Positions 1 to 8,831 of a DNA stretch of 64,000 nt are shown piece by piece. Position 1 is the stretch's first letter, and the number at the start of each line of letters is the position of its first letter. The DNA comes from Ignavibacteriota bacterium. Lineage in GTDB: Bacteria > Bacteroidota > Ignavibacteria > UBA10030 > CAVZMI01. The notes beneath the pieces were generated by a model. It saw nothing but the letters and a program-made list of their open reading frames with translations. It ran no database searches and was not told the origin of the DNA. The position numbers were made by a program, and so were the translations under genes. The DNA lies in NCBI GenBank assembly GCA_963776275.1, contig CAVZMI010000020.1, positions 96,001 to 160,000 on the forward strand. Direction: 5' to 3'.

Positions 1-93
1 GCCTTTGTACCTGTAGTACTGCAATCCAGGCCGACGACGAAACTCTCCTCCTTTTTTCTTTGACTGAATTTCATTCTTGTTGATAGCACTTCA

Positions 94-1143
94 TTAATCT
101 ATAGAAATTATGGCCTTCATGACGCCGTCTCTATAATTTGCTACCAGATCGAAGGCATGTTTGGTTTCTTCCAACGGAAAGCGATGTGTCACCATCGAAT
201 CCATGTTTATTTGATGCAGAGCAAGCAGATCGATTGCTTTTTGTGTACAGTGAACCTGCCTGCGTATGTTTATAATGGTGATTTCCTTCCGCCTTAATTC
301 ATGTATGGAAAAGGAGATTTCGTCTACTCCGGGAATTCCGACAAGCACAAGGGCACCCCCCGGTTTCAATAATTGTACAGCCTGGCCGATCGCTTCTTCA
401 TCACCGCTGCATTCATAGACAACGTCCAGCAATAGCGGCTCGATCTTCGATATTTCCTTTATAATATCAATGCGATCCGGGTTTCCAGACCACCTGGGAA
501 GTAATTTTTTCGAGAACGCAAGACGCTCCTCTATTTTATCCGTAACATAAACATCACCGGCACTTTTCGTCCGCAATACATGAAATACGGACATTCCAAT
601 AGGGCCGACTCCAAGAATGGCAACATTAGCTTTATCAGGGAGAAGTGATTTTTCAATGGAATAGACGGCTATTGACAGCGGCTCGGATAGAGCTGCCTGT
701 TCAAACGTCATACTATCTTTTATCGGAAAACAACATTTTTCGTGAAGCACTATAAATTCACGCAGACAGCCTTCGAGTTGTTTCGGGGTTCCCAGAAAAT
801 GAATCTCACGGCAGGTATTTTCCCTGCCGGCTTTGCATTGATCGCAGCGGCCGCAAGACACAGCCGGATCGATCGCAATTCTCTGACTGGGTTTTACCCT
901 TGTTACTTTCTTCCCAATTTTCTCCACGGTGCCTGCCGTTTCATGCCCGATGATAAATGGAAATTGAACAATTTGGGAACCGATTCTTCCCGAAGTATAA
1001 TAGTGAATATCCGAACCGCAGACACCCACCGTTTTTATCCTGATTAGCACATCGGTATCATTAATTATTTTGGGATCCGGCACCTGCCCGATTTCAAATT
1101 GCCTTATTCCTGTAAGTAATGCTGCTTTCATTGCACGACTCAA
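94..1143 (-). CDS. Zinc-dependent alcohol/polyol dehydrogenase (MDR family, sorbitol/L-iditol DH-like)
   Basis: GVCGSD, GHE, structural Zn motif CGRCDQC...C, GxGxxG (GVGPIG); likely start MKAALL at 1131. Confidence 0.9.
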   Translation of the reverse strand: MSRAMKAALLTGIRQFEIGQVPDPKIINDTDVLIRIKTVGVCGSDIHYYTSGRIGSQIVQFPFIIGHETAGTVEKIGKKVTRVKPSQRIAIDPAVSCGRCDQCKAGRENTCREIHFLGTPKQLEGCLREFIVLHEKCCFPIKDSMTFEQAALSEPLSIAVYSIEKSLLPDKANVAILGVGPIGMSVFHVLRTKSAGDVYVTDKIEERLAFSKKLLPRWSGNPDRIDIIKEISKIEPLLLDVVYECSGDEEAIGQAVQLLKPGGALVLVGIPGVDEISFSIHELRRKEITIINIRRQVHCTQKAIDLLALHQINMDSMVTHRFPLEETKHAFDLVANYRDGVMKAIISID

Positions 1144-1327
1144 AAAATTTTTAAGCTTGTTTTTTTCTCGTGTAGTTCATTCTGTTTTGAACTGCACTCT
1201 ATACCAATATACTAAATAATTTGCTTAAACTATCTTGCTTCTCACGATAAACCTTTTTACCATTTGATGAAGCAATTACCGGTCGTATTTTCCCTTAAGA
1301 AGAGCAAATCAATCAACAGGAGTCTGA

Positions 1328-2590
1328 ATGATGAAAGCAAAGTCATTGTATTTATTTCTATGGGCACATATGCTCATTCTCTCTGTATGTTTTGCACAGG
1401 AAGATATTTCAGCAAAGCTGACGCAATCTGCTATAGATGCCCGTATAGCTGAAATCCGTATGGGCGATATAGTCATAAAAACCAAGCCGGGCGCGGATAT
1501 CAAGGTGCAGCAGCTGCGTCACGAATTTTTATTCGGCACCGCCGTGCCTGACCAGCTTGCAGAAAAAGATTCGAATGCAATGTCGCCCGAAGACAGAAAG
1601 ATGTATCTGAAAATTCTCGGCGAGAATTTCAATTATGCCGTTCACGAGAACGCCTTGAAATGGTACGACTGTGAAGCTGAGCAGAAAGTAGTAAATTATT
1701 ATTTAGCGGATAGAATATGGGAGCTTTGTCATGAACTTAATATACCGATGCGGGGCCACTGCATATTCTGGGAGAAAGACAAGTACATTATGCCCTGGCT
1801 AAAAAAGCTGAATAATGACGAGCTGCGCGCGGCAGTCCACCGTCGTGCCGTTGGTGTCACGGAACACTTTAAGGGCCGCATCAATGAGTTTGACTTGAAC
1901 AATGAAATGGTTCAGGGCAATTTTTTCCGCCGATGCCTCGGCTACGGCATCGTCAATGAAATGGCATATATGGCCAAAGCGGGAAATCCGGATATTGTTC
2001 TCTATGTAAACGACTACGGCGTTCTTGTCGAGGGGGGCTTCAATGCCCAAGCGTATATAACTCAAATCGAAAACTTACTGGCAATGGGCGTCCCCATCGG
2101 CGGGATCGGATGCCAGGGCCATTTTATCACTTCCAACAAAACCGACTCCTCCGGCAGAGCCGCAACGAAACCCGAGCATGTTCAGAGGACTCTGGACCGG
2201 CTTGCGAAGTTCAATCTACCAATCAAAATCACAGAATGTCTTTTCATGGCCGACAATGATGAAGGCAAAGCCGAAGAGCTCCAGAAATTTTTCCCGATTT
2301 TCTTTGCACACCCCGGCGTCGAAGCGATTGTGATGTGGGGCTTCTGGGAGAAGGGTCACTGGGTACCCGAGACGGCAATGTGGAAAACAGACTGGACACC
2401 AACACCCCAGGCATTAGCTTATCGCGATCTTGTTTTTAATAAGTGGTGGACGCAGATTTCCGGCAAGGCCGATAAGATGGGGGTATTCAAAGCACATGCG
2501 TTTTACGGTGATTATTTAATTACTTCGGACGGAACAACAAAAAAAATCATACTCAGTAAAAAGGATAAATCAATACAGGTTACTTTTTGA
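1328..2590 (+). CDS. GH10 endo-1,4-beta-xylanase-like glycoside hydrolase, secreted
   Basis: Signal peptide; ENALKW, RGHCIFW, NNEM acid/base, YVNDY, GIGCQGH and ITE nucleophile motifs. Confidence 0.9.
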   Translation: MMKAKSLYLFLWAHMLILSVCFAQEDISAKLTQSAIDARIAEIRMGDIVIKTKPGADIKVQQLRHEFLFGTAVPDQLAEKDSNAMSPEDRKMYLKILGENFNYAVHENALKWYDCEAEQKVVNYYLADRIWELCHELNIPMRGHCIFWEKDKYIMPWLKKLNNDELRAAVHRRAVGVTEHFKGRINEFDLNNEMVQGNFFRRCLGYGIVNEMAYMAKAGNPDIVLYVNDYGVLVEGGFNAQAYITQIENLLAMGVPIGGIGCQGHFITSNKTDSSGRAATKPEHVQRTLDRLAKFNLPIKITECLFMADNDEGKAEELQKFFPIFFAHPGVEAIVMWGFWEKGHWVPETAMWKTDWTPTPQALAYRDLVFNKWWTQISGKADKMGVFKAHAFYGDYLITSDGTTKKIILSKKDKSIQVTF

Positions 2591-2666
2591 TAGATAAGGC
2601 ATTTCGATAGGATATTCGTATTTTCATTTCATAGAGATCATATCACAATTATATAGGAGGAAAACA

Positions 2667-3539
2667 ATGTCGGAAGAATTTGCAATCAACTGGTGGTTTA
2701 TTCTTGGTGCCTTTGTGTTTATAGTATTTCTCTTCGGCATCCGGATTATCCGTCCCACGCGACGCGGACTGATTGAGCGTTTGGGTAAGTATCATAGCTT
2801 TGCAAATCCCGGTTTCCATTGGATCATGCCTGGAATCGAAAAATTATATCAGGTCAACATTACCGAGCAAATGATCGACGCCGAACCGCAGGAAATCATT
2901 ACGAATGATAACCTGAATGCTTTCGTTGACGCACAGATATATTTCAAAGTGAAACCCGATGAGCTGAACGTAAAAAACTCACAATACAATGTGAATAATG
3001 TCACGTTTCAGATCGTGAATCTTGCACGGACGACACTGCGTAATATCATCGGCACACTGACATTGAAATCGGCGAACAGCGAACGGGGTAAAATCAACGA
3101 GGAACTTCACCGGATCCTGATCAATGAAACAACAACCTGGGGTATCGACATCGTCCGGGCGGAATTGAAGCAGATCGATCCGCCGAAAGATGTCCAGGAA
3201 ACGATGAACAAGATAGTCAAGGCCGAGAACGAAAAGATTGCCGCCATCGACTTCGCCACCGCTGCCGAGACGACAGCCGACGGTAAAAAGCGTGCCGCCA
3301 TTAAGGAGTCGGAAGGCATCCGCCAGGCTCGAATTCTCCAGGCCGAAGGCGACGCTGAAGCCATCCGCCTCGTGAATGAAGCTGCTGAAAAATATTTTGT
3401 AGGCAACGCACAGTTACTTAAGCGGCTCGAGACCGTCCAGCGCTCCCTTGAAAACAATGCAAAAATCGTTGTGCCCGAAAACACACAACTTGTAAATGTT
3501 ATTGGCGATATTGCAGGAGTGTTACCGCTGAAAAAATAG
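2667..3539 (+). CDS. SPFH/band 7/stomatin-family membrane protein
   Basis: N-terminal TM; ERLGKY, QEIITNDN, LARTTLRNIIG, WGIDI motifs; coiled-coil C-terminus; GGAGG RBS. Confidence 0.9.
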   Translation: MSEEFAINWWFILGAFVFIVFLFGIRIIRPTRRGLIERLGKYHSFANPGFHWIMPGIEKLYQVNITEQMIDAEPQEIITNDNLNAFVDAQIYFKVKPDELNVKNSQYNVNNVTFQIVNLARTTLRNIIGTLTLKSANSERGKINEELHRILINETTTWGIDIVRAELKQIDPPKDVQETMNKIVKAENEKIAAIDFATAAETTADGKKRAAIKESEGIRQARILQAEGDAEAIRLVNEAAEKYFVGNAQLLKRLETVQRSLENNAKIVVPENTQLVNVIGDIAGVLPLKK

Positions 3540-3567
3540 CCTCATTCATATGCTGAGGGAAACGAAT

Positions 3568-4053
3568 ATGAATGATTTTCTCCATGATCTCTACGGCCAT
3601 CAGGCATGGGCTGACGCCGAGCACTGGCGTGTCATCGAAGCACACACCGAGGCACACGGCGACGAAAAAATTCGCGCCCGTTTGTACCATTATCAGCTCA
3701 CACAGAACGCTTTTTTACTTATTGCGAAGGCAGAGGAACTCGTCTTCCCGAAGCTGGATGAAATTCCACCCATGAGCATACTCAAGAGGTATGCACGCAA
3801 ATATCATAAAGAGGCTGTTGCTTTTGTGAACAGTGTGAGTGATGACAGGTTGGAGGAAATCGTTACTATTCCCTGGTTCAAAGATCCACCCATTCAGATT
3901 ACAGTTGCGCAGGGACTCACACAGGCGGCGATGCACAGTCATTACCACCGTGGTCAAAATGCAACGCGACTACGCGAGCTTGGTATCGAGCCGCCGTCGA
4001 CCGATCTGATCCTCTGGTGGTGGAAGGGACGGCCGAATCCACAATGGGAATAA
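3568..4053 (+). CDS. DinB/YfiT-family protein
   Basis: HQAWAD start, His-rich HSHYHRGQ and PPSTD C-terminal motif. Confidence 0.8.
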   Translation: MNDFLHDLYGHQAWADAEHWRVIEAHTEAHGDEKIRARLYHYQLTQNAFLLIAKAEELVFPKLDEIPPMSILKRYARKYHKEAVAFVNSVSDDRLEEIVTIPWFKDPPIQITVAQGLTQAAMHSHYHRGQNATRLRELGIEPPSTDLILWWWKGRPNPQWE

Positions 4054-5816
4054 TGTCGACCTACTACGACACACTGGGTATCGACAGGAATGCCAGTCCG
4101 CAGCAGATCAAAGTAGCGTACCGGAATCTGATGAAACACCATCATCCAGACCTTCATGAGAATTCTGAAGAAGCAACAGAGCGTGCCCAGAATCTCAACA
4201 AGGCATATGCCGTATTGAAGGATCCTGTTCAACGATATGAGTACGATAATCTCCTGATGCTGCAACGAAATCCTGTCGATCCGCTGGAGGACCTCTCGCT
4301 TGATCTATCGGAGGACGGACTTTCAATTTCTGAAGTTCCGCAATATGTCTGCGAGGGTTGTGGCCGGCATGATCCCACGCTTCGTGTCACGATATTCATC
4401 TGGGTTGTCAGTTTGATTCTTACATTGAAACGCGGATGGGGGCGGATTCTCTGCTCACGATGCCGGTTAAAGTACAGCATTCTATGGAACATCGAGGTCT
4501 GGTTTGCAGGCTGGTGGGGCATTCCATACGGCCCACCTCACACCATTGAAGCATTGATGAAAAATTCCACAGGCGGCATTCAACCCGAGGAAAACAACGC
4601 CACGCTTCTTGCCGCTCTTGCAGATGATTTCTATCATCAACACCGTTATCTCGAAGCCTATCAGGCTTTGCAGACAAGTCTTAAATTGCGCATGTCGAAA
4701 AGCGGTCTGGAATTTCTTCAACATCTCAAACAACTTATTCATCAGGATCATTCGAACGGTGTGCTGAAAGACAGTCAATCGCTTCATCCATTGATTTTTC
4801 ATATTCCGATACTTACAGTTCTTTTCATTTTATCACTGTCGTTCATAACGTCGGTTTTTTATCCATTGCCGGAAATTCATCAAAATATTCCAGCTCAGAT
4901 CCCGGTAAATGAGACAATGAGCACGACGCACGACATTCCTGCATCGAATTTGGGAGTTAGTCTCGATATCATTGAACAAGCGCTTCAGATTTGCAGAAAC
5001 AGTAGAACAAGTGTAGCCAGCCATATTGTATCACAATCGCCTACGAGCACAACGGAGCAGACCGGAGAAGCACAACCTGTCGTAGTGACCCTTAATTGGA
5101 CAAAACTCGATGAACAACTCATCCACCAGCAGACCGAGAATACTCGCATCGCTTTTGAACAGGCTTCACCCGAGATCCAGAAACTTGCACCGATCGATGC
5201 AGAAGACCTATCTAGCGTCGACAAATCATCATTAACATTTTCTCAAGATCTGCACTCAAAATTTAACGAGATGCTATCGATCTACTTTAATTGTGCGATC
5301 CTCGAATACGGCACAACTCTGGTGAAACGATACAGTTCATCACAAGGTACATTTCCCCGGAATATAATTGATAATATCCGTCAACTCGGACTCCAGCCGG
5401 ATATTGCCGCCTGGCTGAAACAGGTCCAGCTTGACAGCGCATACAATCAATTGATCGAGACCGTTACTAAAACTCAGATGGAAGATGGCCGATACAATGT
5501 GATGACCGGACGCTTGACAACGCTGCGGGGATTTGTTCGGGATGATAGTGCCGTCATGGCAAATTTGAGCCGGAAATTGGAATACTATAAAAATACTCAT
5601 ATGATCCCGGAATATAATCAGGTCGTGGCTATTTATAATCAAAGAATTCCTCAAACGCAGGCTCATATTCAGGAGTACAACGATTACCTCCAGAAGTACA
5701 ATGAATTTGTGGGATCGTTGAAAGACCAGGGATTGATTACAGCACTGCATGCATGTTTAAATCAAAACGTCTTGTTCCCTGAAGCGAAACAGGAAGGTTC
5801 CTTACCACGCCAGTAA
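4053..5816 (+). CDS. Membrane-anchored J-domain (DnaJ-like) protein
   Basis: N-terminal J-domain with HPD motif (YYDTLG...HHPD...AYAVLKDP), CxxC...CxxC, TM segments, coiled-coil C-terminus; TAATG overlap with the upstream stop. Confidence 0.75.
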   Translation: MSTYYDTLGIDRNASPQQIKVAYRNLMKHHHPDLHENSEEATERAQNLNKAYAVLKDPVQRYEYDNLLMLQRNPVDPLEDLSLDLSEDGLSISEVPQYVCEGCGRHDPTLRVTIFIWVVSLILTLKRGWGRILCSRCRLKYSILWNIEVWFAGWWGIPYGPPHTIEALMKNSTGGIQPEENNATLLAALADDFYHQHRYLEAYQALQTSLKLRMSKSGLEFLQHLKQLIHQDHSNGVLKDSQSLHPLIFHIPILTVLFILSLSFITSVFYPLPEIHQNIPAQIPVNETMSTTHDIPASNLGVSLDIIEQALQICRNSRTSVASHIVSQSPTSTTEQTGEAQPVVVTLNWTKLDEQLIHQQTENTRIAFEQASPEIQKLAPIDAEDLSSVDKSSLTFSQDLHSKFNEMLSIYFNCAILEYGTTLVKRYSSSQGTFPRNIIDNIRQLGLQPDIAAWLKQVQLDSAYNQLIETVTKTQMEDGRYNVMTGRLTTLRGFVRDDSAVMANLSRKLEYYKNTHMIPEYNQVVAIYNQRIPQTQAHIQEYNDYLQKYNEFVGSLKDQGLITALHACLNQNVLFPEAKQEGSLPRQ

Positions 5817-5921
5817 AGAAAAAATGCCGCTTTAATGACTAATACGACAGACTTGAAAAATTAAGAAAAAATTCTAAAATTTGTTAAACGGATCTTGTCT
5901 TTCAAATAGAGGGAAATCGCA

Positions 5922-6650
5922 ATGAAAAATGTAATTTATTTTTATGCCTGTTTCTTTCTTCTTACCACACTTGCCTATAGTGCACTTGTCAAAAATACGC
6001 CGGACACCATTAAGACCAAAAAGGGGAATCTGATCATCCACTGCATCGAGCATGGATCATTGATGCTGGATTATCATGGAATTAAAATTTACGTCGACCC
6101 GATTGGCCGTTATGCCGATATTTCGAAAATGCCCAAAGCCGATATCATTCTCATAACGCACGAGCATCCTGATCATTTTCTTGAACCGGCTATTCGTCAC
6201 TTTACTAAAAAAGGAACAAACATTATTCTTAACAAATCTACCTTCGACATTTTGAAAACAGGAATGGTAATGACAAATGGCGAATCGAAAACAATCAAAG
6301 GTATTCTCATTGAAGCAGTACCTGCATACAATACAACACCGGGGTGCGAAAAGTATCATCCCAAAGGGCGTGATAACGGCTACGTCCTGACACTCGGCGA
6401 GATACGCATTTATATCGCAGGCGATACGGAAGATATTACCGAAATGAAAGATCTTAAGAACATCGATATCGCTTTTTTACCGATGAATCAGCCGTGGACG
6501 ATGACTCCGGAACAGGTTGCTCGCTCAGCGAAAACATTCATGCCGAAAATTCTTTATCCTTACCACTACGGCGATACTGATGTCTCAAAGCTTATAGAAT
6601 TACTCAAAGATACAAAGAGTATAGAGATCAGGATAAAGGATATGAAGTGA
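5922..6650 (+). CDS. MBL-fold metallo-hydrolase
   Basis: THEHPDH, AGDT, PYHY motifs; signal peptide. Confidence 0.88.
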   Translation: MKNVIYFYACFFLLTTLAYSALVKNTPDTIKTKKGNLIIHCIEHGSLMLDYHGIKIYVDPIGRYADISKMPKADIILITHEHPDHFLEPAIRHFTKKGTNIILNKSTFDILKTGMVMTNGESKTIKGILIEAVPAYNTTPGCEKYHPKGRDNGYVLTLGEIRIYIAGDTEDITEMKDLKNIDIAFLPMNQPWTMTPEQVARSAKTFMPKILYPYHYGDTDVSKLIELLKDTKSIEIRIKDMK

Positions 6651-6868
6651 GGGTTGATATTTTGATTTTTTATCAATACAAAAAAAATCCAAACAGTCCC
6701 GTCGTCAAGCGTATCTGCTGACTTAAAAGCCGTATCGAGGCGATCGTTTTCTCCCGATAAGTATATGCTCACTTCGTATGGTCATTCCATCCCGCCATAC
6801 CCATCCCTCCAGTGAGTTGAAGAATACGATCAAAGAAATAGAGAGGCTTGGAGCGTTCCCCGGAAATC

Positions 6869-7573
6869 TCAGGCAAGATTTTTCTTCAATGCGACAGCGG
6901 ACAATCCGGCAAATGCGGCACCAACAACAATCACAATAATCTTTACAATATTCATCGATTCAAAAAATGACGAACTCTCGGAACCTTCACCCTGGAAAGT
7001 AACCGAGGAGATAATTTGTGTAAATACTTTTTCATGTCTCCAATAATCGCCGCTGCTTGAATAGCAATAGATTTTCAGCATCCCGTCCGAAGTCGGAATG
7101 AATCCTGCAAGCATGTGAATTAACGGAACTCCTCCCAAGAGGGCAGCAGTTTTTATCCAGATGATATTTGATTTTTGAGAAAAGTTGATGCTGTCAACTC
7201 TCATAAACGGTGTGATGGAACCTGCCAGCCCTTTCCCTTTTCTCATTATTTCCGGAGTATATAGCGCCTCATATTGATCAAGACTCAGCCGCCGGGGATT
7301 TGCCAGCTCCTTATATTCGACGAGAATGTGAGGATTCGAAAACCAGTCTTTCAGATTCTTCGGTTGAAACGCAAACTCAATTTTTTGTCTGGCAAATGTC
7401 GAATCAACCTTTGCAACTTCATCAATGACCTCTGAAATAACCCGGCTGGGAATCGATCTCCAGTCATCTGGAAGCGTTATTAAATATCCGCGGTCTTTAC
7501 TCTTGACGGTATTCGCAGCAGAAAATGAGAACAGTGCAATGCATAGTATCGCGATAATGGCTGGTTTTTTCAT
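6869..7573 (-). CDS. Hypothetical secreted protein with C-terminal membrane anchor
   Basis: Signal peptide, C-terminal hydrophobic helix followed by basic tail. Confidence 0.65.
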   Translation of the reverse strand: MKKPAIIAILCIALFSFSAANTVKSKDRGYLITLPDDWRSIPSRVISEVIDEVAKVDSTFARQKIEFAFQPKNLKDWFSNPHILVEYKELANPRRLSLDQYEALYTPEIMRKGKGLAGSITPFMRVDSINFSQKSNIIWIKTAALLGGVPLIHMLAGFIPTSDGMLKIYCYSSSGDYWRHEKVFTQIISSVTFQGEGSESSSFFESMNIVKIIVIVVGAAFAGLSAVALKKNLA

Positions 7574-7800
7574 TCGAGAGGTTTCCTCAATTTGCCGAGT
7601 ACAAATAAATGAATTTATCTATTGTGTATATCGAATAACGAACATTCAACGATACTTCAGATTTCTCAATCCCGTACTTTGAGCCGGGAGGCAGCTCAAT
7701 GGGCGGTCATTCTTGTTAAACTTACAGGAGAGAATTCAAAAAAGCAAGCGGAAAAAATGGCTTGCGAATATCATTATCGAATCTTACATTGTTCTGAACT

Positions 7801-8163
7801 ATGCATGAACTCTCAATAGCACAGAATATAATCGACATCGTGTGCCAGCACCTGCCTGTTGAAGGGCCGCAACAGGTTCGGATAGTGAGAGTCCGTATCG
7901 GCGATATGGCGGGCGTTGTCCCCGATTCACTGGATTTTTGTTTCAATGCAATAATCGGTAACACGCCTCTGGAAGGTGCAGCACTTGTCATAGAGCACAT
8001 TCCGGTTGTTATACGCTGCACGCAATGCGGGAAAGAAAATTTGCTCGATCATTCTGCTTTTTACTGTCAGTTCTGCAACAGTACGGATGTGCGGATGATA
8101 TCAGGGAACGAGCTCCAGGTAGTGGAGATTGAAGTTACAGATGAACAAACGGAGGCTCCATGA
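7801..8163 (+). CDS. hypA: Hydrogenase maturation nickel metallochaperone HypA
   Basis: MHELSIA start, two CxxC motifs, SGNEL C-terminus. Confidence 0.95.
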   Translation: MHELSIAQNIIDIVCQHLPVEGPQQVRIVRVRIGDMAGVVPDSLDFCFNAIIGNTPLEGAALVIEHIPVVIRCTQCGKENLLDHSAFYCQFCNSTDVRMISGNELQVVEIEVTDEQTEAP

Positions 8164-8813
8164 GTTTTATTACAATAGAACGAAAAGTACTGGATAAAAA
8201 TGACGAGGTAGCCCGGCAAAATCGGGAACTGTTCCGACAACACAGCCTTTTTGTTATCAATATAGTCAGCTCACCCGGCTCGGGGAAAACAAGCATCCTT
8301 GAAAAAACTCTTGAGTATCTGCGGGAGAAGATACGAATTGCGGTCATCGAAGGGGATGTCCAGACCGATCTGGACGCAAAGCGAGTTGCGCGTTTTGGGA
8401 TTCCGACAATTCAGATTGTCACGAACGGCGGTTGCCACCTTGATGCAAAATTGGTTCAAAATGCCCTGGAAAACCTCCATCTATCTTCACTTGAAATTGT
8501 TATCATTGAGAATGTGGGAAACCTCGTCTGCCCGGCTAATTATGATCTTGGGGAAGCGTTGAAGGTTGTCGTAGCAAGCACTACCGAAGGCGACGATAAA
8601 CCGCTTAAGTATCCGGCGATGTTCAGAAATGCTTCCGTGTTAATTATCAATAAAATTGACCTCGTTCCTTACGTCCAGTGCAGTCTCGACACACTCAAAA
8701 AAAATGCGCTTCAGATTAACCCGTCTCTGACCGTTTTTCAAACATCATGTACAACAAATGAAGGGATTGAATTGTGGTGCGAATGGCTATCCAGTCAGGT
8801 GAAGAAAAAGTGA
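8160..8813 (+). CDS. hypB: Hydrogenase nickel incorporation GTPase HypB
   Basis: SSPGSGKT, IEGD, GGCHLDA, ENVGNLVCP, DDKPLKYP, NKID. Confidence 0.96.
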   Translation: MSFITIERKVLDKNDEVARQNRELFRQHSLFVINIVSSPGSGKTSILEKTLEYLREKIRIAVIEGDVQTDLDAKRVARFGIPTIQIVTNGGCHLDAKLVQNALENLHLSSLEIVIIENVGNLVCPANYDLGEALKVVVASTTEGDDKPLKYPAMFRNASVLIINKIDLVPYVQCSLDTLKKNALQINPSLTVFQTSCTTNEGIELWCEWLSSQVKKK

Positions 8814-8831
8814 CATGATGTTCTGAGGGTA

